Shown one piece after another: positions 1 to 13,699 of a stretch of DNA of 64,000 nt; within the stretch, counting starts at the first letter, position 1; the number at the start of each line of letters is the position of its first letter. The notes under the pieces are model-generated. The model searched no databases, had not been told where the DNA came from, and saw only the letters and a list, made by a program, of their open reading frames with translations. Made by a program: the position numbers and the translations under genes. This stretch comes from Octopus vulgaris (Eukaryota), in NCBI GenBank assembly GCA_951406725.2, contig OX597836.1, positions 25,048,001 to 25,112,000 on the forward strand, read 5' to 3'.

Positions 1-1362
1 TCATTTAACTGTGGCCATGCTGGAGTACTGCCTTTAGTCGAGAAAATCAACCCCAGGACTTACTCTTTTGTAAGCCTAGTACTTATCCTGTTGGTCTCCC
101 TTGCCGAACTGCTAAGTTATGGGGGGTGTCAACACACTAACACCTGTTGTCAAGTGGTGGTAGAAGACATACTCTGACACAACTTGCGTGTACACACACA
201 CACACACACACAAACATACACACAATAGGTTTCTTTCAGTTTTGTCTACCAAATCCATTGACAAAGCTCAGTTGTGAAAAGAGACAGTCAACTTTTTTGA
301 GTACTTTTAGCGTTCATTAAAGCCTACTTTCGCTTTTGCGAAGATAGACTTTGATGGTTGCCAATAGACAGTTGTGCTGTATAGATTGTGTGGTAGAAGT
401 GGGGAGAGAGAAAGTGTGTGACTTTGGTCATCAAAGTCAACAAGAAATAAAACTTTGAAAGCTAAAATTCTGAAAGGAAATTAACGAAGCATTTCATATA
501 AATCACGACACATGACATGACTGTATACTCCCCCACTCATTCGTTCTCTTTCTCTCTCATATATATATGTGTGTGTGTGTGTGTGGTTTTTTATTGGGTG
601 ATATCACTAACAGCATGGTTGAAAGGAAAGTAAATTTGGTTCAACAGCGTTAGTTTTAAACGTGCTGAGGTAACACAGTTGTCTTATTTTTCAGTTAAAA
701 AATGTGAGATATGTTGGAGTGGATGTCGGTGTTTAATTTCAGGTCAACCAGTCATGAAGGAGACTGACGAACAAACACCTTCTAACTGTGACCATCTCGT
801 CTTATAATTCACACGTTGTGTATCTACGACTTATTATTCAATGTTGTGGTCCCTTTTTTTAAATTAAGACGTAGATTTTTGGCTGGTATTTCAAGCAAGT
901 TGAATGACCATGTAGATCTTTGCTGTAATTTCAGGTCAACCTTGGTTGAATAAACCAGTGATCAAAAGTATTCCAACTATGCCCATCCCGTCTTTTCCTA
1001 TATACAAGGAAACTCTTTTACTGGAATGGTAGGGTATGGTTTGAAGAAACTTTGGCTGTTATTTTTTGCACATCAAGCGATCATATTGACCTCATTGTCT
1101 CAGCAATCTTGTTTAGCTTTTGCAGAACTGTGGTGACCACCCAGCCTTTTTAACATACATAGTATATCAAGAATTACATTATCCAATGTCTTTAAAATTT
1201 TATTCAAAAATATGTCGGGTTGTGATTTGGTTGTTATTTTTAGCTGGTTGAGTGACTTGTTATGGGTTTGCTCGTCGGTTTGGGTTACATAAGGTTTTAT
1301 TGCCGGACGCGTCTTAATCAGAAGACAAGGAACAGTGTAAAGAGATAAGGGTAAAGCCCCGA

Positions 1363-1460
1363 GGTGAGGCCCTGTGATGAAGGTGAGGCCCCGTGGTGAG
1401 GGTGAGGCCCCGTGGTGAGGGTGAGGCCCCGTGGGGAGGGTGAGGTCCCGTGGTGAGGGT
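1363..1460. repeat. 19-bp GC-rich minisatellite x5
   Basis: Unit ggtgaggccccgtggtgag. Confidence 0.9.
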
Positions 1461-3904
1461 AGGTAATTCAACTGTAACTAATTTCACTTTTTGCTTAACA
1501 TTGAATACCACAAAGTCTGCTCGCCAACCTTTTTAAACTCGTAAGGTTGGTAACCCATTGATGGATATTTCTGATCATAACTGCCCGATGTAATGAGACA
1601 CTGTACCCATAAACAACAGGGTGGACTAGACAGGGTGAGTGATGAGGATGGTAGCAGCATGGTGAATAAAAACTAGGTGGGTCCAGTACCAGTGTGGCAT
1701 AAAAGAGTGATGGGCGGGGAGGATCATAACAAGGCCCGTAGCACCCTGCCTGGAAGCACATTGAATAGGAGAGATCCACCCACCATCCTCAGTCATAGTA
1801 GAATGTCGTTTGGGTGTTGGTTGGTTGGTTGGTTGGTCTGTGATTGTGACTGGTTGAGTTGATGAATGAAAATACGTTTCTTTGGGTGCAGGAAGAAGAA
1901 CCTGAATAACACCTGTGAACCCTTAAGTATTCACATTATTCTGCCCCAAATAATGCTTTCTTTATTGTCATTGTTTTGGATTAATCATGTCATTATCTTG
2001 TAGCTTTGAGATTATGATATGATTATTTTCAGAATGACATTGTAGGATAGGTGTGAGAGGCCAGATCTGGCTAGGTTGAACATAAAACTGGCCAATTGTT
2101 TTGGCTGGATATGACCCCATTTAAATGCTAAAGGTGCTGAGAGAAGATTTTATTATCGCACATAGAAGTCCAAACTGCATTGGTCTTCTTCTACAAATAA
2201 CAACAGCAGTAATTACATAATTACAGGTGAGATATACAGTTTGGAGTTCATGGCCAGCTTACTGAGACAGCAACATGTAGATGGCCCAACATAGCTGGAA
2301 ACATGTGGTGATGGAGGGTCTTGTGTATCTGTCCTGTCCCCTTTGTGATTTGATCTGTCCAATTCTTTCCACGCCTTCCTTGGTCATCTTCTGCTACAGT
2401 GTGTGTGTGTTTAACTTTTGTCTTTTCACTTGTTTCAGTCATTGGGCTGTGGCCCAGCTGGGGCAATGCCTTTAAAAATTTTTAATCGAATGGATCGACC
2501 CCAGTACTTTTATTTTTGTAAAGCTTAGTACTACTAACTCTATTGGTCTCTTTGTAAATACTGTTGTTGAACAGTGGTGGGGGACAGACACACACATTCA
2601 CACACACACACATATGCATTCACACATACACATAAAGGGCTTCTTTCAGTTTCCATCTACAAATTCCAATCACAAAGTTTGGGTCAGCCTGAGGCTGTAG
2701 TAGAAGTCACTTGACCAAGGTGCCACACAGTGGGACTGAACCTGAGACCATGTGGTTAGGAAGCCAGCTTAATACCTATTTCTTTACTACCCACAAGGGG
2801 CTAAACACAGAGAGGACAAACAATGACAGACAAACGGATTAAGTCGATTACATCGACCCCAGTGCATGATTGGTACTTAATTTATCGACCCGGAAAGGAT
2901 GAAAGGCAAAGTCGACCTCGGCGGAATTTGAACCCAGAACATAAAGACAGAGGAAATACTGCTAAGCATTTCGCCCAGTGTGCTAACGATTCTGCCAGCT
3001 CGCCACCTTGAATACCACAGCTTAATACCACACAGCCATGCCAGGCCTGTCTGTGTATGCAAGGTGTTCCTCTTCCATTACCACAGTACCTGGGCACTTT
3101 GTCACTTTGCACTCAATACGGCAGTGGGGTGGGTATTCCATGCCTCACCTGTCAAACCCCAACCATCTTAATAACTCCTGTCACTCTACTGCACCTAACA
3201 AACTGATAAATCTCTCTCTCTCTCTTTTCCTATTCTCTCTTCTTCTTCTCTCTTTCTCTCTCTCTCCTCCCCCTTCTACCTCCTCTCTTGTCTTCCTATA
3301 ATTTTCTTGGTTGCATTCTCTCACCTTTCACCTTAATAAACATAATGAATGGATTAATTAGTGATTAGAATTAACAATGGAATTAGTTCAATGGTCAGGC
3401 TGATAGTGTGATTAGGACAAAGTAAGAATAGCAAGGGATTAAGTACCATGCTGATGGTGGCACTGAAAATAATGGTCCGGTGTGGGTGGGGTGGGGTTAA
3501 GTAGGGAAGTTGGTGGTTATTAGGAGTAGTAGTGGGGGTGGCAGTAGTAATAATACTGTGGTAGGAGGAGTAGTGTTGTGTCAGTGGTGACAGTAATGAT
3601 ACTATGACCGCCATGTAAGTGTTATGGTGGTGGTGGTGGTGGTGGTAATGGCTTTGTGACAGGAGTGGCAGTGTTGATATTGTAACAGTGGTGGTGGTCA
3701 TGGTAGTGGTTTTGAGATGGTTCAGCAAAAGAATTTATCCATCTAAAACTACAAAAACAACAACAAAACTATGAAATGGTTAATGCCATATTTTTTTTTT
3801 TTTATATAAAAGTGAATCCAGTTACTTGTTTCTGTTGACTGTAGCCATGCTGGGGCACCACCTTGAAGGTTTTTTTTGTTGTTTTTTTTTAGTTAAATGA
3901 ACTA

Positions 3905-4051
3905 GGTGGTAAGTAGCTTGCTAACCAACCACATGGTTCCAGGTTCAGTCCCACTGCGTGGCATCTTGGGCAAGTGTCTTCTGCTATAGCCCCGGGCTGA
4001 CCAATGCCTTGTGAGTGGATTTGGTAGACGGAAACTGAAAGAAGCCTGTCG

Positions 4052-4092
<41 letters not shown>

Positions 4093-4308
4093 ATGTTTGT
4101 GTGTCTGTGTTTGTCCCCCTAGCATTGCTTGACAACCGATGCTGGTGTGTTTATGTCCCCATCACTTAGCGGTTCAGCAAAAGATACCGATAGAATAAGT
4201 ACTGGGCTTACAAAGAATAAGTCCCGGGGTCGATTTGATCGACTAAAGGCGGTGCTCCAGCATGGCCGCAGTCAAATGACTGAAACAAGTAAAAGAGTAA
4301 AAGAATAA
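3905..4308 (+). mobile_element. tRNA-derived SINE family A (CORE-like, internal TA/TG microsatellite)
   Basis: Pol III B-box-like ggttcagtccc, cttgggcaagtgtcttct core, and aaaagagt tail. Confidence 0.9.
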
Positions 4309-4767
4309 AGAGATCTCTTTCCCCACATTTCAAGCCCCTTGTGCCTTTAGTAGAAAAGATCATAATTACTCTATCTTCTCTGCTAGTCTTACCCCCCCCT
4401 CCACCACCTGTCGTTACTCTACACATCTAAATAGATATATTTATCTAAATTACCACATTCAGTTCATTGAACTTATCTTCTTTGTATAGATTTAGATCTG
4501 TTATAGTACTTGACTCCATTGTTTTTGTTAACTTTTCCTCTCCTAATTTACTGTATTGCATAATTACTAATTAACAAGTGTAATCATACATTATAAATTA
4601 ATGAGAAAGTTTTATGTTTCACTTTTACCTGCTGGGTCATTATAAAATTGGCAGTACTTGTGGTCTTTGTGGATGCTCTTAGACTGGTGAGGTTGGTACT
4701 GTTTTATGATGCATTTAAACTGTTGTAGGTCGGCCACCTGAAGGTAGGACAGGAGCAGGGAAAATAT

Positions 4768-5239
4768 TTCAGAGTTATGATGTACTACAGAGGAAAGACA
4801 AGGCTTAGGGGTTAGTGTGGTGGAGTTGGAAACAATAAGGGTGACGAAAGGGTAGATAGATCAGTTGCAATGTCACAGGTGCCAATTCAGAGTTATGATG
4901 TACTACAGAGGAAAGACAAGGCTTAGGGGTTAGTGTGGTGGAGTTGGAAACAATAAGGGTGACGAAAGGGTAGATAGATCAGTTGCAATGTCACAGGTGC
5001 CAATTCAGAGTTATGATGTTTTACAGAGGAAAGACGAGGCTTAGGGGTTAGTGTGGTGGAGTTGGAAACAATGAGGGTGACGAAAGGGTAGATAGATCAG
5101 TTGCAATGTCACAGGTGCCAATTCAGAGTTATGATGTTCTACAGAGGAAAGATAAGGCTTAGGGGTTAGTGTGGTGGATTTGGAAACAATAAGGGTGACG
5201 AAAGGGTAGATAGATCAGTTGCAATGTCACAGGTGCCAA
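4768..5239. repeat. Tandem repeat, 4 x 118 bp
   Basis: ttcagagttatgatg recurs at 4768, 4886, 5004 and 5122, and the units are nearly identical. Confidence 0.97.
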
Positions 5240-6118
5240 ACTGTATCAGCCCCTTTGCCTTTCCTTCAGGTAACATTACTGGTGTGGAGAGGGATGGTTA
5301 GTATGCATGGGCAACTGTTGGTCTTCGATAAACAACCTTGCTTGGACTTGTACCTCGGAGGGTAACTTTCTAGGTGTAACCGTATGGTCATTCATAATCA
5401 ATGGGGGGGTCTTCACTTTTATATATAATATATAAAATAAATGTACCCTTTTTAAAGCCTAGCCAGGCCCATGGGCCTGGTTTCCGTGGTGTATGTGTTC
5501 CCAGCTGGATGGGACGCCAATCCATCGCAGCGCTACTAATTTTTACCAGCTGAGTGGACTGGAGAAATGTGAAATGAAGTGTTTTGCTCAAGAACACAAC
5601 ACGTCGCCCGGTCCAGGAATCGAAACGACAATCTTCCATCATGGTGCTGACGCCCTAAACACTAAGCCATACACCTCCACCACTTTTATATATATAAAAA
5701 CAAAATTGTCAACCAGATATATTATCAACCCACAGGTCATGAGTTCAAACCCACATTGCATCCTGCTTTCTCATAATGCATTTATGATAAAATATTCAAT
5801 TTACTCGCCTTCAGTCCATTTCTCATCTATCTCTCATTACGTAGGCAACAGCTAAGCTATGATGGAGTGAAGTTAACTGTAATATCCTGTTGTATTATTC
5901 CAGAGAGATTCATTTCTCTAATTTCCTCTGTAATTAGAGACTCACTGGTGGCCAAGTTCTGTTCTGTTTCTAGAATTTTATTGCAATGTCATCAAAGTGA
6001 TTCCACTGGACAAATGTGGAAACATATTTGTTTTTATAATATTTTTTTTACTTTACATTTATTCATACATTAATTATTTATTTAATTATTGAATTAATGT
6101 TTCATCTTTACTTTGTAG

Positions 6119-6179
6119 GTGCTAAAATCTTGGACTCTTTAAGATGAATCAAGTGTTGGAATTTTCAATCTATATTATG
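6119..6179 (+). other. Candidate 61-nt internal exon, probably 5'-UTR
   Basis: ttcatctttactttgtag| acceptor and ATG|GTAAGT donor within unique AT-rich sequence. Confidence 0.55.
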
Positions 6180-6511
6180 GTAAGTCTGCATACAAATTTC
6201 CAGTTCTTTTTCTTCTTTCTGTATTTGTAAGGCAAAATCTAAACAAAGCTCATTGTGTACGTATGTGTGTCTGTGTCTATGTAGATATAGCTATGTATGT
6301 GTGTGTGTGTGTGTGAGTAGATATAGGTATGCATGTGTGGGGGTGTATGTGTGTCACCTTGTACCTGTAGTGTGACATCTTGTACCTGTAGTGTGACATC
6401 ATGGGGTGCCAATTACTAAAACATATGTGCAAGTGGAATAAAGGAGTACCAAGTCAGTGTCCATGTTCTCTTTTAGTATTATTATCATTATTATCATTAT
6501 TATTATTATTA

Positions 6512-6551
<40 letters not shown>

Positions 6552-6915
6552 CATTAATATTAAGGTGGTGATCTGGCAGAGTCGTGAGCACACTGGGCAA
6601 AATGCTTAGTAGCATTTCTCTCATCTTTACGTTCTTAGTTCAAATTCTGCCGAGGTTGACTTTGCCTTTCATTTATTTGAGGTCAATAAATTAAATACAA
6701 GTTGAGTACTGATGTGATCACCTTAATCCCTCCCACCGAATTTCAGGCTTATCATTATTGCTGATTCTCTTTGTATCATGTCATTTCCCACCCTTGGATA
6801 CAGACAATTTGTGTGTACCAGTGACAGTGGAAGTTTAGCATGATTAATATTACAACTGAAACCTGTATGGTTTAATTGTCATGTATTGAGTGCATCTTAT
6901 CTTACATACACACAC

Positions 6916-6960
<45 letters not shown>

Positions 6961-6977
6961 AATATAAATATTTTCTA

Positions 6978-7127
6978 AGTGGTAAGAAGCTTGCTCCCAG
7001 CCACATGGTTCTGGGTTCAACCCCACTGCGTGGGACCTTGGGCAAGTGTCTTCTACTATAACCTTGGGCTGACCAAAGCCTCGTGAGTGGATTTGGTAGA
7101 CAGAAACTGAAAGAAGCCTGTCATATA

Positions 7128-7177
<50 letters not shown>

Positions 7178-7365
7178 GTGTCTGTGTTTGTCCTCCCACC
7201 ATCACTTGACAACCGATTTTGGTGTGTTTATATCCTTGTAACTTAGCGTTTCAGCAAAAGAGACCGATAGAATAAGTACTAAGCTTACAAAGAATAAGTC
7301 TTGGTAGGGTTGATTTGTTCGACTAAAGGTGGTGCTCCAGCATGACCGCAATCAACTAAAAAACA
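6978..7365 (+). mobile_element. SINE family A
   Basis: Similar to 3905-4308. Confidence 0.85.
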
Positions 7366-7654
7366 AAGAGGTGTATCAGTTTAATGTTCGTGAAGAATGG
7401 AAAAGTCTTTTACATTTCAAGCCTATGCTCTTTGACAGGAAAGATTAAGATGGGAAAAAATGGAGAGAGAATGAGAAACAGAGAGAGGAAAATGCACAGA
7501 ATTCCACAGTCCAACATGATGATATATGAAGTACTTACTTTCAAAACCAGATATATGCTTTGGAAGAATTTGTTTAAAACAACTAGAATATATACATTTC
7601 GTTTTGGGATTTGGTTTGCAAGATTCTTTATGTGAGTTCGTGTGTCAAAGCATA

Positions 7655-7797
7655 TTCTGTTGTGTCTGGGGAGAGTCATTTTCTTTTAGTGCCTTATAAT
7701 TTATCACATTCACCGGTAAAATTTCCACTTATTTCTTTTTTATTTTGCTAAAATTTTCATTGCATCTTGTGACCTTTTTATATTAACACAGAGTATT

Positions 7798-7829
<32 letters not shown>

Positions 7830-8053
7830 TTAGACACATACAGGCACATGGCTTAGTGGTTAGGGTCTTTCACTCGAGTTTGTAAAGTCAAGAGTTCAAT
7901 TCCCAACTGTGCATCTTGCGACCTATTGAAAAAGTTGGAAGACGCAACGAAAATTTTAGGAAAATAAAAAAAGAATAAGTGGAAGTTTTACCAGTGAGTG
8001 TGTTAAATTATAAGGCACCAAAAGAGAATGACTCTCCCCAGACACGACAGAAC
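7655..8053. repeat. Inverted repeat with ~125-bp arms, interrupted by an insertion
   Basis: 7655-7778 is the reverse complement of 7929-8053. Confidence 0.9.
7922..7960 (+). ncRNA. Hammerhead-like fold with U3-A8 core
   Basis: CCTA-TTGAAAA-a-GTTG-gaagacg-CAAC-GAAA-AT-T-T-TAGG. Confidence 0.5.
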
Positions 8054-8250
8054 TCGAATATATCTGATTTTGATTGGAAGACTAAGATTCGCCCATTGTC
8101 TATATGGCATCTATCCCAGTTTGACAGAAAAAAATTTCACGTACATGAAGCCAGTGGCTTGCAGATTCCGTTTTAATGGTTATGAAATTGACCAAATATG
8201 CTCTTGTACCGGTTTTGAAGATAAGCTCCTCCTACATACATATATTTATT

Positions 8251-8650
8251 CAGGAGTGGCTGTGTGGTAAGTAGCTTGCTAACCAACCACATGGTTCTGG
8301 GTTCAGTCCTACTGCGTGGCATCTTGGGCAAGTGTCTTCTGCTATAGCTCCGGGTCGACCAATGCCTTGTGAGTGGATTTGGTAGACGGAAACTGAAAGA
8401 AGCCTGTCGTATATATGTATATATATGTGTGTGTGTGTGTTTGTGTGTCTGTGTTTGTCCCCCTAGCATTGCTTGACAACCGATGCTGGTGTGTTTACGT
8501 CCCCGCCACTTAGTGGTTCGGCAAAAGAGACCGATAGAATAAGTACTGGGCTTACAAAGAATAAGTCCCGGGGTCGAGTTGCTCGACTAAAGGCAGTGCT
8601 CCAGCATGGCCGCAGTCAAATGACTGAAACAAGTAAAAGAGAAAGAGAAA
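8251..8650 (+). mobile_element. SINE family A
   Basis: Near full-length young copy. Confidence 0.9.
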
Positions 8651-9201
8651 GTTTATATTATTAATTCCAAGATAGGTTTCACCATTGTGGTTGCTTGGAA
8701 CACTGCATAAGTGGTTCCAAGGGGAATTTGGATACTTAACCAGAAAAGATCATCAGAGGACATTTTATTGCATCAACTTACAGAGAACTAGTTCTTTGGT
8801 ATGTAACACACACACACACGTTTCAGAGGTTTTCCATTGAAAAAACAGAGGTCCTCTACTTCCATAGAAGGACTCAATTTATTTGTCTGTTTGTCTATGC
8901 ATGCATACCTACCTCCCCACTTCAAGCCTACTCACCTGTCCACCCACCTAAAACTATTTATCTACCTACCTGTCTACCTAATCAATTTCATGAATTCCAT
9001 TTGGGAAAGGCACAAATGTAGATAACAGCCCAAGCCATTCCTGGAGTCATTGGCTATCTGCGATCTGATCAAGGAAGGTCATGTATATATGTGTGTGTGT
9101 GTATACGTGTGTATTTGTGTGTGTGTATATGTGTGTATTTGTGCATGTGTGACTTCACTGATAAATGACATTCACTGCTACTCCATAGGAGAGACACTTT
9201 A

Positions 9202-9248
<47 letters not shown>

Positions 9249-10740
9249 TGCTTTTCTCTGCTTGCATGGGTTGAACATACATATGACTTGGCCTGCATAC
9301 TCACACACACACACATACACACACATATGTATATTACGTAGTTGTTAAATATAGCAATGAATAGTTGTACTGTTAATTTACCAAATCAATGCTGTAGTTA
9401 TTTGACTTATTTCATGAATGCTTTGCAGGGAAAGGCATCAATATCACTCAGCCCTTATCTCGATGTGATGTCACCAGCACCGATTACATGCCGATAGATT
9501 ATCTCTGATCTAGTTACAGAGAAGGTTACACATGCATAGCCACGCTGTGGTTTCATGAAAAATGTGACACTATACTTTGCACACAGATACGATATCAAAT
9601 CTCATTGACTTCATTGGTTTTATAGTCACATTGGTGTTGTATGTTAGTCATGACATACCATACAGGTACTGCACCAATCTCATCATTGTCGACATTGATT
9701 CATAGTCACATTGGTATTGTATGGTAAAGGTGACACTATAAGCTTATACACACAAACATATGGCATTGATTTGTCATCATCATCGTCATATTCACATTAG
9801 GGTTGCATGAGAGAGGTGATACGATAAGCTTATACACACAAACACGGCATCAATTTTTACCATTATTGTCATCATCATCATCATCATCATCAACAACAAC
9901 AACATATTTACATCTGTGTTATGTGGAAGACATGACAATATGTCTTACATACAGATACTATATTGAATTTTAACATCAGTGTCAACATTGTTTTAATATT
10001 CACACTGGTGTTGGTGTCTTGCAAAAAAAAAAAAAAAAAAGAAAAGCACCCAGTACACTCTGTAAAGTGGTTGGCATTAAGAAGGGCACCCAGCTGTAGA
10101 AAACATGCCAAAGCAGACAGCAGAGCTTTGCACAGTCTTCTGGCTAGCCATCTTCGGTCAGTCCATTGAACTCATGCCAGCAGGGAAAGCAGACGTTAAA
10201 TGGTGATGATTGTAATGATGATGATGATGTTGTTGAATGGAAGAGGTCATACTATAATTTCTGTTCAAATTTTGGCACAAAGCCAGTAAATTTGGAATAG
10301 GGGTAAGCCGATTACATCTACCCTATTATCCAACTGGTACTTATCAACCCCAAAAGGATGAACGATGAAGTCGACCTCAGCTGAATTTGAACTCAGAACA
10401 TAAAGACAGACCAAATGCCGATAAGCATTTTGCCTGGCATGCTAACGATCCTGTCAGCTCCTTGCCTTAGGCAGTATTATATTTTAGACACACACACATC
10501 ACATCAATCTGATCATTATTATTGTTATTGTTTCAACATCTGCTTCTCAAGACAACTCTTCCTGTCAGGAAACCATTCTTGTTTTTCTAAGTTTGGAATA
10601 TTTATATTCTGTTGCTCTTCACCTGAAACTAATGAAATCACCAGAACATGTTGTTTTACTGGCAGCATAAACAACACATCGTTGTCCAAACAGAATCAAT
10701 GTGGAAATACATGGAAACACACACACACACACGTGCACAC

Positions 10741-10801
<61 letters not shown>

Positions 10802-12869
10802 TGACAAACTTCTGTGTAGTTTTTGTCTACTAAATTTCACTCACAAAGCATTGGTCAGCCTGAATCTATAGCAGAAGGTACCACACATTGGGGTGGAACC
10901 TGAAATCACTTCTCAGCCAAATTTGTACAACACACACACACACATGCACATGCATACAGATACATGCACGTGCACACACATGTGCATATGAAATGCTCTT
11001 ACACAATTGACTACAAATACTTGGACTCCATATTTTTATATTAACACAGAGTATTTAAGCTCTCTCTCTCTTTACATACATACAGGCACATGGCTTAGTG
11101 GTTAGGGTCTTTCACTCGAGTTTGTAAAGTCAGGAGTTCGATTCCCAACTGTGCATTGTATCCTTGAGCAAGACGTTTCATTTTCACATTTCTCCAGTCT
11201 CCTCAACAGACAAAACGATTCATACCTGTAATTCAAAGCGCCAGCCTTGTCACATTCTGTATCATGCAGAATCTCCCTGAGAACTACAAGAAGGGCACAC
11301 GTGTCTGTGGAGTACTCAGCCACTTGCACATGAATTTCATGAGCAGGCTGACCTATTGACCACCACAGTTCCAGGACACACATCTGCATTAAAGAAGCTA
11401 TGCTGAAATTTCGTGACAGTTCTGTAAATGGTATATTCCTTGCCAATAAAAAAAATCTAGACTTCTCTATGACAACATTTTGCCACAATTTGCCAAATTA
11501 CAATATTCCTGACAGCAATAAAACATTACTAAATTCTTTGGTAAAATATTTTCTGGGAACTGAACTGCCAGAATGAAACTTTAGCAGTTCATTTCTTTCA
11601 TTAAATAGTCTTGAAATTTCTCAAAGAATTTCAGAGATTTAACTTTAAAGTTCTGTGTTGTTGCTTTTGTTGTTGTTGCCAATGGTCACATTACAGAACT
11701 TGCCGTAGAAAGTACTTTCTTCTTGGATTACATTACCCGCCACACTAAAAAAAAACCTCCATCAAATGACTGGAACATTTCACCATTTACCCTACTTCTG
11801 TGACAAGAAGAAAAGTTTGTCTAGACTTCTTAATCTGTTTACATGCTTCTGATAAATAGCCACTTACTGTATTTGCACACATTGGAAGATGGCTACCTCA
11901 AGTGGTTTAAGAGGTACTTGCTGTTGTGGTTTTTAAACAAACGTCACCATCATTTAATGTCCATGTTGATGATGATGATGTTTGTTTAAACAAACATGAC
12001 CCCAAATTGTTTTCAAATGAAAGAACGGAATTAAGATGAAACAAAACAGGTGACGAAAGTATTAAATATATTGGCATGGCTGTGTGGTTAAGACGTTCAC
12101 TTTGCAACCATGTGGTTTTGAGTTCAGTCCCACTGTGCAGCATCTTGGTCAAGTGTCTTCTGTTATAATCCTGGGTCAACCAAAACCTTGTGCAAGTGAT
12201 GGCGGACACACACGCACACACTCGACGGGCTACTTTCAGTTTCCATCTGCCAAATCCACTCACAAGGCTTTGGTTGGCCTGAGGCTATAGTAGAAGACAC
12301 CTCCCCAAGGTGCCACGCAGTGGGACTGAACCTGCAACCATGTGGTTAATAAGCAAGCTACTTACCACACAGCCACACCTGCACCTATTATTATCATCAT
12401 TATTATTATTATTAAGGTGGCAAGCTGGCAGAATGGTAAGCATGTCGGGTGTAATGCTTAGCAGTATTTTGTCCTTCGCTACGTTCTGAGTTCAAATTCT
12501 GCCGAGGTCAGCTTTACCATTCATCCTTTCATGGGGATCGATAAAATAAGTACCAGTTGAACACCGGGGTTGATGTAATCAACTCATCCCCTCCACAGAA
12601 TTGCTGCCCTTGTGACAAAATTTGAAACCATTATTATTATTATTAAGGTAGCGAGCTGGCAGAATCGTTAGCATACTGCACAAAATGCTTAGCGATATTT
12701 TGTCCGTCTGTACTTTCTAAGTTCAAATTCCGCCAAGGTTGACTTTCCCTTTCATCCTTTCAGGGTCGATAAATTAAGTACCAGTTACATACTGGGGTTG
12801 GTGTAATTGACTTATCCCCACTCCCAGAATTTCAGGCCTTGTGCCTATAGTAGAAAGGATTATTATTAT

Positions 12870-13268
12870 TGTGGTAAGTAGCTTGTTTACCAACCACATG
12901 GTTCCGGGTTCAGTCCCACTGCCTGGCACCTTGGGCAAGTGTCTTCTGCTATAGCCTCGGGCTGACCAGAGCCTTGTAAGTGGATTTGGTAGACGGAAAC
13001 TGAAAGAAGCACGTTGTATATATGTATATATATGCATGTGTGTGTGTTTGTGTGTTTGTGTGTGTGTGTTTGTCCCCCTAGCATTGCTTGACAACCGATG
13101 CTGGTGTGTTTATGTCCCCCGTTACTTAGCAGTTCGGCAAAAGATACCGATAGAATAAGTACTGGGCTTACAAAAGAGTAAGTCCCGGGGTCGAGTTGCT
13201 CGACTAAAGGCGGTGCTCCAGCATGGCCGCAGTCAGTCAAATGACTGAAACAAGGAAAAGAGTAAAAG

Positions 13269-13271
<3 letters not shown>
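12870..13271 (+). mobile_element. SINE family A
   Basis: Young copy inserted in an (ATT)n tract. Confidence 0.9.
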
Positions 13272-13333
<62 letters not shown>

Positions 13334-13659
13334 CATTATTATTATTATTATTTCTGTTAATGTGTGTGTTGCTGTTATTGTTGAGCTCGCTCTTTTCCTT
13401 AGTACTGTTGTGCTGTCTCCGATGTACTAGTCCCTTGTGGCCAATAACAGAAATCATTATTATACAACTACTACTACTACTACTACTACTACTATTATCA
13501 TTATTAGTCGGGCCATTTCAATATACTTACATTGCTTGAGAAATGCATAAACATCATTTTCCTTTAACTCCAACCTAAATAACCCAGACCTCAGGCCTTG
13601 TCTACACAAATCAATCAATCATTAGAGGAAATTATTGTTTTCTAATGGTATTATTGTTA

Positions 13660-13691
<32 letters not shown>

Positions 13692-13699
13692 TTTTTTTT

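Noticed and set aside
3889-4426. Recurring ORFs such as LLSVSVYQIHSQG / MSSNARGTNT / RPRKDERQSRP
   Set aside because: They are translations of SINE copies.
4768-5239. CRISPR-like appearance of the tandem arrays (also 40788-41122 and 46713-46850)
   Set aside because: No unique spacers, no cas genes, and a eukaryotic context.
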